DNA of 64,000 bases from an uncultured Candidatus Binatia bacterium (lineage in GTDB: Bacteria > Desulfobacterota > Binatia > Bin18), in NCBI GenBank assembly GCA_965203745.1, contig CBDBDK010000001.1:780400-844399 (forward strand), written 5' to 3'. The translations under genes were made by a program, and so were the position numbers. Positions 15,500 to 24,704 of this stretch are shown here, piece after piece. How positions within the stretch are numbered: the first letter of the stretch is position 1; every line of letters starts with the position of its first letter. The notes below the pieces were generated by a model, which did not search any database, was not told the DNA's origin, and saw only the letters and a program-made list of their open reading frames with translations.

Positions 15500-16858
15500 A
15501 TGTCAAGAGTAAACGTATCCTCCATAGATATGAGATGCTGGACACGTTTACTCTTTTTGGGCTGGGGCTTTCTCAGGGGAAACCGCGTGACAAGTATTTT
15601 TCGTGGGGGGTGTGTCCTCCTGTGCTGCCTGGTGTCCTGGGTCGTGTTCGGGCCTTTTGCCTCGGTTGCCCAGGCGCAAGAGGGCGAACGTGAGCGCATT
15701 CTTGAAAATTTTTCCCTCTATCGAGACGGGCCGCTGGAGGTGGAGGGCATTCAGCCCGGCCTGAAACTTGATGCCACCAACGCTTCAGTCGCTTCTGGGG
15801 TCCTGCCGCCGGAGATTCTGACCTATCTGGCGGCGGGTGACTTTTCGATTACCGTGCAGGAGACCACGGACCTGCCGCTTCGACAGTCCTTTATTGACGC
15901 AACGCTTCAACACTACCGTGGAGTCGTGGTCGGGGAGGGCGACCTCCAGAATTATGTGGCCGGCCAGCCTTTTCCCGTGCTTCAGGCGGACGACCCGCAG
16001 GCCGGTCTGAAAGCGGCCTGGAATCTGCGCTACCGCGACCAGGGCGACGACGCGCAAATGTGGGCGACGAATAGCCTGGTCAACAGCAATGGTAATACGG
16101 AACGCTCGCAGACCTTTGCCTTTTTCTCGCTCTACGGCATGCATCGCCCCGACAGCGCAAAAAACCTCCCGCGCTGGGAGAAACACGGCATTTACACCAA
16201 ACAGTACACCCGCATGCTGGCGCCGTCCGACAGCGAGGGCAATCAAATCCTGGCCGTGCAGCCCGACAACGATTTCCTGCCGCACGACCAGTGGGCCTAC
16301 GATCCCAAGACGCGCCGTACCCGTAAAATTGTTTATATGCCCTACATCTCGCCTGGGCGGGGCGTGGTGCTGATCGAGGACCGCTCCGGCTTTCTGGGCT
16401 ATATTCACGCCTATGACTGGAAATATCTGCGCGAGCAGACGGTCCTGACACCAGGGCCGATCCGAGCCAGTGCCCCCACTTGGGGCGGGCGTGGGAATTG
16501 GTATCTGGTTGACCCCTGGGAGCTGCGCCGGGCCGTGGTGGTTGAGGCGACGCCGAAAAATTCTCATCCCCTGTACAGCAAGCGCATCCTGTATATCGAT
16601 GTTCAGACCTCTCTGCCCTTATTTGCCTTCACGTATGACCACGAGGGGCAGCATAAACGGAGTTTTCTGGTGGTCGCCCGGCATCCCGAATTCAACCCGT
16701 GGGGCAATAAGGACTGGGTGGCGCAGATTGCCGCCCAGGGCTCGATTGACTATCAGCTTGAGCGGGCCAACAATTTCCAGATTACCAAGTTTCTCCTGAA
16801 TCGGGACCTCCCCCCGACTCAATTTACTGTCATGACCCTCATGTTGCGCGGGAAGTAA
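15500..16858 (+). CDS. DUF1329 family protein (outer-membrane lipoprotein-sorting-like)
   Basis: About 450 aa with a signal-like segment ending ..FASVAQAQE. Paired with a downstream DUF1302 gene, as usual for this family. Start uncertain (15500 or 15530); the ORF is open from 15362. Confidence 0.7.
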   Translation: MSRVNVSSIDMRCWTRLLFLGWGFLRGNRVTSIFRGGCVLLCCLVSWVVFGPFASVAQAQEGERERILENFSLYRDGPLEVEGIQPGLKLDATNASVASGVLPPEILTYLAAGDFSITVQETTDLPLRQSFIDATLQHYRGVVVGEGDLQNYVAGQPFPVLQADDPQAGLKAAWNLRYRDQGDDAQMWATNSLVNSNGNTERSQTFAFFSLYGMHRPDSAKNLPRWEKHGIYTKQYTRMLAPSDSEGNQILAVQPDNDFLPHDQWAYDPKTRRTRKIVYMPYISPGRGVVLIEDRSGFLGYIHAYDWKYLREQTVLTPGPIRASAPTWGGRGNWYLVDPWELRRAVVVEATPKNSHPLYSKRILYIDVQTSLPLFAFTYDHEGQHKRSFLVVARHPEFNPWGNKDWVAQIAAQGSIDYQLERANNFQITKFLLNRDLPPTQFTVMTLMLRGK

Positions 16859-16865
16859 GGCAGGA

Positions 16866-18668
16866 ATGTATATTCCACAGGACGTTGAGATGCTGGCCGG
16901 TCTGCCGAGAAAAAAGTTGTGGGTCGGCCTGCTGGCTGGCGTGCTGCTGGGTTTGCAGTCCGGTCTGGCCTGGGCGGTTTTTCTCGATCAGGACGAAAGC
17001 CTGCGCTTCAGCGGACGGGTGTATAACCGTACCGCTTTCTCGGTCGAGCGGGCGGCGGAGAATACGCGCCTCCAGACTCCGTATAACGACTGGAATATGC
17101 TCCAGAACCGGACCTTTATTCAGGGCGAGTTGAGTCATGACCTGACCGGTCTGGTAGCGGGGAATACGACCGGCCTGCTGGCACCGCTGCAAGCGCTCTT
17201 CGCTCCTCTGCGGCTGCTGAGAGCGGATACTCTCGACTATTTTGTGACCTACCGAGGGGAATACGACGGGGTATGGGACTACGGCCCGGCCGTTTTTCGG
17301 GAGCGCTATCCGCTGTTTGCGGACTGCGACCCGCCGACCAAGGCAAAACGTTCCCATCCCCGGCGCTTTGGCTGTCGTCACGCCGACCCGCGTCAGCGCT
17401 TGCGGCACCGGCATCGTTTGTTTGAAGCCTATGTGAACTATGCCTATGGGCCGTTCTTCCTGCGGGTCGGACGCCAGAACCTGTCGTGGGGTGAGACTGA
17501 TGTGTTTCGCCTCCTGGATCAGATCAATCCACTCGACGCCGGTTTTGGCGGCTTTCTGGTTTCGCTCGACGAGCGGCGGGTGCCGCTCGATATGGCCCGG
17601 GTGGTATATGGGTTCGGCGGCATGGGGCCGCTGTCTGAGCTCAACCTTGAAGGCTTTCTGGTCTTTGACGATAAAATTGCCGCGCCCGTGCCGACCGGCT
17701 CTCCCTGGTCCACACCCAACCCGCCGGGGGTTACCGGTCAAATCAAAAAACCCTCAAAGAATTTCGCGGACGCGCGCGGGGGCGGGCGTATTGTTGGCGT
17801 GTGGGGCGAGGTCATGTTCAGCCTAGCCCACTACGCCACCTATCTGGACACGCCTGTGCTGCGCATCGTAACGCCGACCAACCGACCCGTCAGTCTGGGC
17901 GCTTTTGAGGCCGCGGTACAGGCCGGTGACACGGGTCGCTTTTTGACCGACCACTTCCGGGCCGAGGCGCTGTATCCGAAAATACAGATCAGCGGCGGCT
18001 CGCTCACTTTCGGTGTGCCCCGCATCTCGTCCATTCTCCGTGGCGAGTTCGCCTATTTTCACTCCGAGCCGTTTTTTCACAATTCCGCCTCGGACCAGCT
18101 TTTGGGACCGGCCTTAACGGGCGGAATCACGCCTGGCTTCCAACAGGTCGGCACCGACCCGGACACGGGTCGCCCTCTGATTCGCTACCGGAATAAGATC
18201 ACCCGATCCGACGTGGTGCGCTGGTCTCTCGGATTGGATATGACCCGCTATATCAGCCTGCTGAACCCGAACGAATCCTTTCTCATCAGCAGCCAGATTT
18301 TTGGGCGACACATCCTGGACTTCAACGACACGCCGGTCTCGGCGGTGGCGGGCTCATACGGCTTCGGACATTTTGCCGCGCCGATCTTCGAGCCCAACCG
18401 GGACAATCAGAGCTTTGTCAACATCGATCAGCATCAACTGATTCAAACCCTGTTGATCTCGACCGCCTATTTCTCGGGCAGGGTCGAGCCCAAGCTGATT
18501 TTTTTGTACGACTGGCAGGGGTCCTGGCTGGTCCAGCCCGAAATCACCTTTATTCGCGATCCGTTTCGCTTCACCGTGCAGTATAATTATCTGGATGGTC
18601 AGTATAACGGTATTGGTTTTCTGCGCGATCGCGACAACGTCATCATCCAATTAGAGGCGGTTATTTAA
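16866..18668 (+). CDS. DUF1302 family outer-membrane protein
   Basis: 600 aa with signal peptide ..GLQSGLAWA. Beta-barrel-like composition. Canonical partner of DUF1329. Confidence 0.7.
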   Translation: MYIPQDVEMLAGLPRKKLWVGLLAGVLLGLQSGLAWAVFLDQDESLRFSGRVYNRTAFSVERAAENTRLQTPYNDWNMLQNRTFIQGELSHDLTGLVAGNTTGLLAPLQALFAPLRLLRADTLDYFVTYRGEYDGVWDYGPAVFRERYPLFADCDPPTKAKRSHPRRFGCRHADPRQRLRHRHRLFEAYVNYAYGPFFLRVGRQNLSWGETDVFRLLDQINPLDAGFGGFLVSLDERRVPLDMARVVYGFGGMGPLSELNLEGFLVFDDKIAAPVPTGSPWSTPNPPGVTGQIKKPSKNFADARGGGRIVGVWGEVMFSLAHYATYLDTPVLRIVTPTNRPVSLGAFEAAVQAGDTGRFLTDHFRAEALYPKIQISGGSLTFGVPRISSILRGEFAYFHSEPFFHNSASDQLLGPALTGGITPGFQQVGTDPDTGRPLIRYRNKITRSDVVRWSLGLDMTRYISLLNPNESFLISSQIFGRHILDFNDTPVSAVAGSYGFGHFAAPIFEPNRDNQSFVNIDQHQLIQTLLISTAYFSGRVEPKLIFLYDWQGSWLVQPEITFIRDPFRFTVQYNYLDGQYNGIGFLRDRDNVIIQLEAVI

Positions 18669-18672
18669 TCCC

Positions 18673-19080
18673 TTACGCATCGAAATGATACATATTCTGG
18701 TCAAATCGGTCGCAGGCGAGGCAGAACACAAAAACCAGCGGCTCGGTACCGGTGCAGCGGACGGTATGCTTCGCGTTAGACGGGATATAGACTGCTGAGC
18801 CTGGGCCGAGAGATGTCTCGGAATCGTCAACCGTAACGTGACCGGAGCCGCTGACGATATAATAGTTCTCCTCAGGTTCGTGGTGATGGAGGGGAAGCGC
18901 CGCGCCGGGCGGCAGTTCCGCTATCCCGCTGACGAGTCCGCTACTTGCATCGCGTTCGCCCGTGACGAGCAGCTTCCAGCGACACGGACTCTTCGCGGCA
19001 AGGTCCGGGTCCGTCCAGCCCTCCCAGTCCAGTTCGTCTTGATTGCGAATAACAGGTTTGTGTACAGGCATATATGACAC
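18673..19080 (-). CDS. Cupin domain protein
   Basis: LPLHHHEPEENYYIVSGSG and GSAVYIPSNAKH are the two cupin motifs. Confidence 0.8.
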   Translation of the reverse strand: MSYMPVHKPVIRNQDELDWEGWTDPDLAAKSPCRWKLLVTGERDASSGLVSGIAELPPGAALPLHHHEPEENYYIVSGSGHVTVDDSETSLGPGSAVYIPSNAKHTVRCTGTEPLVFVFCLACDRFDQNMYHFDA

Positions 19081-19097
19081 CGGCCCAGCCTTCGTCT

Positions 19098-19550
19098 TTA
19101 CGCTTCAAGGTCCAGTGGGTCGAGGGCGTTGGCGTCTCCGCGACGCATGCGCTCCAGACCATCTTCGCCAACATCGTAGTACAACTCGAACTGATTGCCC
19201 TCGGGATCAAGAAAATAGATGCTCTTGGTGATGCCGTGGTCAATTGTGGCGGTGATCTTCACATCGTGGGCCTTGAGTGTCCGATAGCTCTCTTTTAACT
19301 CGCCAAAGTCCTCAACCTGGAGGGCGACGTGGTGCAGGCCGACCTGCTTGTTTTTCACCGGTTCTGCCTCCGGCGGCACTTCCAGGACGGCCAGGTCGTG
19401 ATGTTGCTCACCCAGGGTGAAGAATACGCCCCGTGGCCGTTTGAGCCGGGTGACCACCTCAAAGCCCAGCACCTCGGTGTAAAACTGCTCGAAGCGGGTC
19501 AGGTCACACGCTTTGAGCACGACATGGCCGACTTTTTTCGGGCGAATCAT
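19098..19550 (-). CDS. VOC family protein (glyoxalase / extradiol dioxygenase fold)
   Basis: 150 aa. VGHVVLKACDL..FYTEVLGF..GLHHVALQV..SIYFLDPEGNQFELY. Confidence 0.8.
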   Translation of the reverse strand: MIRPKKVGHVVLKACDLTRFEQFYTEVLGFEVVTRLKRPRGVFFTLGEQHHDLAVLEVPPEAEPVKNKQVGLHHVALQVEDFGELKESYRTLKAHDVKITATIDHGITKSIYFLDPEGNQFELYYDVGEDGLERMRRGDANALDPLDLEA

Positions 19551-19681
19551 GGCAGGCCCTCCTTCTTTCTATACGCCTCCCATACCACGAGCATCCCAAT
19601 ACCGTAAAGCTTGCAGCAAAGGCTGTGGTTGACACAGGACAAAACCCCACGGTATGCCCAGTGCATTATGGAGGAGGGGAT

Positions 19682-20803
19682 ATGACGACGGGGCGCTATG
19701 TGTCCGCCGACGGGCATGTGGTGGAACCCGCGGACCTGTGGACCACCAGAATGGATCAACAGTTTCGCGACCGGGCGCCACGGGTCGAGTCCCGCCCGGA
19801 GGCCGATTACTACATCATTGATGGCCTGTCTCCCTTCCCGGTCGGTCTTGAAGGCGCGACCATGGAAGACAAGATTGCCGGAGAGATTACCACGGTAGTC
19901 GGCCATCGGCACGGCGAAACTCGTCCCGGTGCGTGGGACCCCCACGCGCGTCTGGTGGATCAGGACATGGACCACCTCAAGGCGGAGGTGATTTATCCCG
20001 GTCTTTTTGGTTTACAGTTCTGGACCGCGCCCGATGTTGCCTATCAGCGTGCGTGTTGGCGGGTATATAACGATTGGCTGAGCGAATTCTGCGCGGCGGC
20101 CCCGGAGCGGCTCATCGGGGCCGGATTCTTGCCCATGAAAGGCCCGATGGAGTGGGCGATTGAAGAGGCGCGGCGCATTGCCCGCAAGCCGGGTTTGCGT
20201 TCGATCTCGATTCCGGCCGAGGTCGCAGACCGCTCGTACCGGCAGGCGGAATTCGACCCTCTGTGGGAAGTGCTCCAGGATATCGGCCTGCCCGTGTCCA
20301 TCCATTCCGGGACAAGCACGGGCGAGCCCTTTGCCACAAAGTTTGAGCGGCTGGGAATGGGTATGGGGGTGGTGGACACCAAGATTGCCTTACCCATGCA
20401 CGCCCTGGCCGACCTCATCTGGGGAGCCGTACCGCGCCGCTATCCCAAACTCAGGTTTGTGATTGTCGAGGGTGGCATCGGCTGGATTGCCGCCCTGCTG
20501 CGGCTGATGGACCACTGGTGGGCCGACCATCATCGCTGGATGGAGCCGCGGCTGGACGAAGCGCCGAGTACGTATTTCAAGCGGCAGTTCTGGGCCACGT
20601 TTGAGGATGACCGGGCCGGCATTCTGACCCGAGAGCTGCTGGGGACGGACCGGCTGATGTGGGGCTCGGACTATCCGCACACCGAGGGGACCTTCCCATA
20701 TTCCCGGCAGCAAATCGCGCAGGACTTTGTGGGTGTGCCCGAGTCTGAAGTGTATCAAATGGTGGTCAGTAATGCGGCTGGCCTGTACGGTTTGAGCGTA
20801 TAG
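19682..20803 (+). CDS. Amidohydrolase-2 family protein
   Basis: The start MTTGRYVSADGHVVEP has a GGAGG RBS. C-terminal WGSDYPH motif. Confidence 0.8.
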   Translation: MTTGRYVSADGHVVEPADLWTTRMDQQFRDRAPRVESRPEADYYIIDGLSPFPVGLEGATMEDKIAGEITTVVGHRHGETRPGAWDPHARLVDQDMDHLKAEVIYPGLFGLQFWTAPDVAYQRACWRVYNDWLSEFCAAAPERLIGAGFLPMKGPMEWAIEEARRIARKPGLRSISIPAEVADRSYRQAEFDPLWEVLQDIGLPVSIHSGTSTGEPFATKFERLGMGMGVVDTKIALPMHALADLIWGAVPRRYPKLRFVIVEGGIGWIAALLRLMDHWWADHHRWMEPRLDEAPSTYFKRQFWATFEDDRAGILTRELLGTDRLMWGSDYPHTEGTFPYSRQQIAQDFVGVPESEVYQMVVSNAAGLYGLSV

Positions 20804-20839
20804 CAACAGCCCCGAGAGATATCATAAGGAGGAGAACCC

Positions 20840-21496
20840 ATGGCAGAAGCAACAGAAGCCGGTATCTTTGAAATCATGTACTCGACCCGCGCGATGCGGA
20901 GACTCAAACCCGACCCCATTCCGGAAGAAACTCTCAAGAAAATTATTGACGCCGGCATCCGGGCGCCCAGCGGCGGCAATATGCAGGACTGGGCATTTAT
21001 CCTGGTCCGTGAGACCGAGCGGAAACGTTTTATCCGCGACTATTACTGGAATACCTGGCAGAAGCTCATGGGCGAGCGTGGCATCCCTGATGACATGCCG
21101 CCCGCGCAGCAACGCATGCTGAACGCGGCCGCGCATCTGGCCGTGCATCTGGACGAAGCGCCGGTGCTGCTCCTGGCCTGTGCGAAAACGGAATATCCGC
21201 CGCTGGCCGCAATGAACCACGATCGCGCCAATGCCGCGGTTATCCACGGCACGATCTATCCGGCGGTTCAGAACATTCTGCTGGCCTGCCGCGCCCTGGG
21301 TGTTGGGGCCACGCTGACGACCATCCATTGTTTCTTTGAGGAAGAGCTGAAACAGCGCTTCGATATCCCGGCGGACATGGAAGTCTCGGCGCTGATTCCC
21401 ATGGGCTATCCGCAGGGCAAATTCGGACCGGTCTCACGCGCGCCGGTCGAAGATGTCATCCATTGGGATGCCTGGGATGACAAGCAGACAGAGTGA
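20840..21496 (+). CDS. Nitroreductase family protein
   Basis: RAMRRLKPDPIPEETLKKIIDAGIRAPSGGNMQDWAFILV. Confidence 0.85.
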   Translation: MAEATEAGIFEIMYSTRAMRRLKPDPIPEETLKKIIDAGIRAPSGGNMQDWAFILVRETERKRFIRDYYWNTWQKLMGERGIPDDMPPAQQRMLNAAAHLAVHLDEAPVLLLACAKTEYPPLAAMNHDRANAAVIHGTIYPAVQNILLACRALGVGATLTTIHCFFEEELKQRFDIPADMEVSALIPMGYPQGKFGPVSRAPVEDVIHWDAWDDKQTE

Positions 21497-21511
21497 GAAA
21501 AGGAGGAGCGT

Positions 21512-21910
21512 ATGGGAGCTGCTGAAAACAAAAAATTGATCCAAGCCGCTTTCGATGCCTGGGCTGCTGGAGACGGCGCGGCGTTCTTTAATATTCTGGC
21601 CGAGGATGTCCAATGGACGGTGATCGGTTCCGGTCCCGTCTCGCGGGCCTATACCAGCCGTCAGGCATTTCTGGACGGTGCGGCCAAGCCGTTGAACGCC
21701 AAGCTGGCCGGGCCCATTCAGCCCACGGTGGTGAATATTATTGCCGAAGGAGACAACGTCGTCTTGCAATGGGAAGGCACGGCCACGGCCAAATCCGGGA
21801 AACCCTATAACAACAGTTATTGTTGGGTAATGCGGGTCGCGGATGGCAAGGTGCGGGAAGGCACGGCCTATATTGATACGGCGCTGGTGGCTGACCTGTG
21901 GCAGTCATAG
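21512..21910 (+). CDS. SnoaL-like / ketosteroid-isomerase-like protein
   Basis: 132 aa. NKKLIQAAFDAWAAGD..FFNILAEDVQWTV..NSYCWVMRVADGKV. Confidence 0.7.
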   Translation: MGAAENKKLIQAAFDAWAAGDGAAFFNILAEDVQWTVIGSGPVSRAYTSRQAFLDGAAKPLNAKLAGPIQPTVVNIIAEGDNVVLQWEGTATAKSGKPYNNSYCWVMRVADGKVREGTAYIDTALVADLWQS

Positions 21911-21928
21911 CGCATGTTTGAAGAGCCT

Positions 21929-21956
21929 GTAGGGGCAATTCATGAATTGCCCCTAC
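21929..21956. terminator. Perfect 28-bp palindromic hairpin between convergent genes
   Basis: GTAGGGGCAATTCATGAATTGCCCCTAC. It is a relative of the GTAGGGGCGACC..GGTCGCCCCTAC family. Confidence 0.5.
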
Positions 21957-21972
21957 GTTAGGGGTAGGGCGT

Positions 21973-23163
21973 TCATGCCCAAATCGCGTCGTCATCCATC
22001 AGCGGGATGCCAAAGGCCGTCTTGCCCAGCAGCTCTAAGGTCTGGTCTGTACTAACGGGATGAAACAGGGCGGCCCGTACGTCGCGGTAATACCGCTCCA
22101 GGGGGAAACGCTTGAAATACGAGGCTCCCCCAACCGCTCGTAAGGCCAGATCGACGACCCGGACCGCATTCTCCATCGCAACGGTGCGCGCCGCTACGCT
22201 TTTGCGTACCCACGTCTGCGGGTCTTCGATGTCTGCCTCGGCCGCGGCCTTCCACACGATGGCGCGTGCGCTCTCGATCAGCAGGTCCATCTCTCCGACC
22301 TTGTTATACACGCTGGGCAGATGGCTCATGGGGGTTTTGAGCGGAAAGCGAGGACGGTCACGCATGAATTCGACCACGAAATCTCGCGCGGCAACGGCAA
22401 TGCCGAGGTAGGGCGCGGCAATGGTAAACGGTGCTCTGAGAAAAAGATTCGTAATTCCGCCACGGGTAAAGGCTGGCCGTTGCAGGGTCACGGCCGACTC
22501 TGGAACAAACGCCTGTGTGAGGGTAGTACTCCGTGACGCCGTTGCGCGCATCCCCAGGGTATACCAGTCGTCCTTGAAGATAAGACCCGGCGTGTCAGGC
22601 AGGATGAGGAAGGAGATAATGGTTTCCCCTTCAGGACCGTCTTGCCACAACGCTTCGCTGAAATAGCGGTCCAGCGCAATACTCTGGGTACTGAAGATTT
22701 TCCGGCCACTGACCTGCCAGCCACCGTCTACCCGTTCCGCAACAGCCCGAGGTCGTAAAACAGGAATGGCATTATCCGGCTCAGACGCCGAACCACCGCA
22801 GATCAACCGCTCATGGGCAATACCTCGCAGGATATCGGCCCGTTTGGAATCGTGGAACCTGCGCCATAAATCGACCAGCAGGCCAATAACATTAAAGTGC
22901 ATGTTAATAGCCAGGGCAGTCGGCGCACAGCCTTGGCCGAGACGTTCCTGGGCCTTGATCCGTTCCAACAGACTCGCGCCACCACCTCCTAGCTCTTCGG
23001 GGATAGTCATGATGGTGTAGCCGCTCTCCTTGAGACGAGCGTAGTTTTCGTACGGAAAAGACCCCTCCTCATCATGCTGGGCCGCACGTTGGGCAAAGTC
23101 ATCGGCCAGTGATGCCGCAAGGTCAATAAATTGTTGCTCGCGTGGTGTATGGAACTGGTTCAT
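21973..23163 (-). CDS. Acyl-CoA dehydrogenase family protein
   Basis: The start MNQFHTPREQQFIDLA has a GGAAGGGGG RBS. ACAD-like middle and C-terminal regions (..GGASYFKRFPLERYYRDVRA..). Confidence 0.85.
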   Translation of the reverse strand: MNQFHTPREQQFIDLAASLADDFAQRAAQHDEEGSFPYENYARLKESGYTIMTIPEELGGGGASLLERIKAQERLGQGCAPTALAINMHFNVIGLLVDLWRRFHDSKRADILRGIAHERLICGGSASEPDNAIPVLRPRAVAERVDGGWQVSGRKIFSTQSIALDRYFSEALWQDGPEGETIISFLILPDTPGLIFKDDWYTLGMRATASRSTTLTQAFVPESAVTLQRPAFTRGGITNLFLRAPFTIAAPYLGIAVAARDFVVEFMRDRPRFPLKTPMSHLPSVYNKVGEMDLLIESARAIVWKAAAEADIEDPQTWVRKSVAARTVAMENAVRVVDLALRAVGGASYFKRFPLERYYRDVRAALFHPVSTDQTLELLGKTAFGIPLMDDDAIWA

Positions 23164-23334
23164 GGCTGCCCCCTTCCGTACGGCGGTCTGGACGAATCTG
23201 TGTGTTCGGTGCCACACTCTACCAGCCCCAGTCCTGGCTTTGCCATATGTGACCACCTCTTGTATTCTCGGCGATTCTCACGGAAAAGGTCTCAAAAGAG
23301 GAATATTGCACCGGAGAGAAAAGGAGGCGGGATC

Positions 23335-24252
23335 ATGAAACTCTACCGTTCGACCATGTTTGTGCCGGGGAATCGCCCCGACTGGATAGACAAGGCTCCC
23401 AAATACGGTCCCGATGCGCTGCTGCTGGACCTTGAAGACGCGGTGCCGATTGCCAACAAGGTTGAGGCACGGCAGATCGTCCGCACCGGCATTGAAGGCT
23501 TGCGCGGCAGAGGCGTGGGTGTCTTTGTACGTCTGAACGGCGTGGATACCGGTCTGACCGGCGAGGATATCGAAGCCATTGTGACCGAAGGCCTCGACGC
23601 GGTGGCCGTACCCAAGCTGGAAACGGTCGAGGAGGTCCTCAAGGTTGACGCCTGGCTGGAGCTGTTTGAGCGTAAGGCCGGTCTGCCCATCGGCACAATC
23701 GAGATCATGGCCCTGCCCGAAACCGCCCGTGGCATCATGGACGCCTATAAACTGGCCACGGCCTGCCCGCGGGTCGGGAATATCATCGGCGGCGTTGGTG
23801 CCCGGTCCGGAGACGTGACCAAGGCCATTGGCTATAAGTGGACGCGCCAGGGCCTGGAAACGCTGTATATGGCGTCGCATATTCTCCTGGCCGCGCGAGC
23901 CGCGGGTATTGAATATCCGATTGGCGGCGGCTCGCTCGAAGTCGGCGATATCGAGCTGGTACGGGCGCAAATCCAGCGCGGGCGGGAAGTCGGCTTTCGC
24001 GGCTGCCTGCTCATTCATCCGTCTGCCGTGCCCATTGCCAACGAGATTTTCGCGCCCTCTCAGGAAGAGATTGAATGGAATAAGGGTGTGATGCAGGCCA
24101 TGGCCGACGCCGAAAAAGCGGGCAAAGCGGCGGTCACGTACGACGGCATGATGATCGACTACGCTCACGTCCGCAACGCCCTGGAATTGCTCCAGCAGGC
24201 GGAATCGTTCGGGATTGAAGTCGGCGAGTACGCCGATGTGAAGGCGCTGTAG
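23335..24252 (+). CDS. HpcH/HpaI aldolase / citrate lyase beta (CitE)-like protein
   Basis: MKLYRSTMFVPGNRPDWIDKAPKYGPDALLLDLEDAV, with an AAGGAGG RBS. Confidence 0.85.
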   Translation: MKLYRSTMFVPGNRPDWIDKAPKYGPDALLLDLEDAVPIANKVEARQIVRTGIEGLRGRGVGVFVRLNGVDTGLTGEDIEAIVTEGLDAVAVPKLETVEEVLKVDAWLELFERKAGLPIGTIEIMALPETARGIMDAYKLATACPRVGNIIGGVGARSGDVTKAIGYKWTRQGLETLYMASHILLAARAAGIEYPIGGGSLEVGDIELVRAQIQRGREVGFRGCLLIHPSAVPIANEIFAPSQEEIEWNKGVMQAMADAEKAGKAAVTYDGMMIDYAHVRNALELLQQAESFGIEVGEYADVKAL

Positions 24253-24260
24253 GAGTAAGC

Positions 24261-24683
24261 GTGCGATTTGCTGGAAGAATGTATAGAGCTGGGAAGTTCT
24301 GGCTCGCGGAAATCCCTATCCTTGACGCCATGACTCAAGGATATACACGCAAGGAAACGTTCGAGATGGTCGCGGATTTAGTCGAGACCTTAGCCGATCA
24401 AGACGGATTTTCCGTGACTGTCCACGCGGGAAAAAACGGTACCTTTGAGGTGAGCTCATCCGACACCCGGACCATGGTCAGCTTACTCCTTCAGCGGCAG
24501 CGGGAACTGAGTGGACTGTCGTTAGCGCAAGTCGCAAACCGCCTCGGCGTCAGCTCCAAAAATGCCTATGCGCGCTACGAACGAGGCTCCTCAGTTCCGA
24601 CCGTGGAGAAGCTGAATGAGTTGCTTCATGCGGTTGCGCCCGACAGAGATTTTGTTTTGACGGAAAGTCAGGCGCACACCTAG
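24261..24683 (+). CDS. hicB: HicB-family antitoxin with C-terminal XRE-type HTH (no hicA adjacent)
   Basis: YRAGKFWLAEIPILDAMTQGYTRKETFEMVADLVETL, plus LSLAQVANRLGVSSKNAYARYERG. GTG start. Confidence 0.7.
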   Translation: MRFAGRMYRAGKFWLAEIPILDAMTQGYTRKETFEMVADLVETLADQDGFSVTVHAGKNGTFEVSSSDTRTMVSLLLQRQRELSGLSLAQVANRLGVSSKNAYARYERGSSVPTVEKLNELLHAVAPDRDFVLTESQAHT

Positions 24684-24704
24684 GCTGACCTATTTCATCA
24701 GCCT
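24682..24704. terminator. Short hairpin between convergent hicB and shc
   Basis: AGGCTGA, a 9-nt loop, then TCAGCCT. No U-tract, so this is weak. Confidence 0.25.
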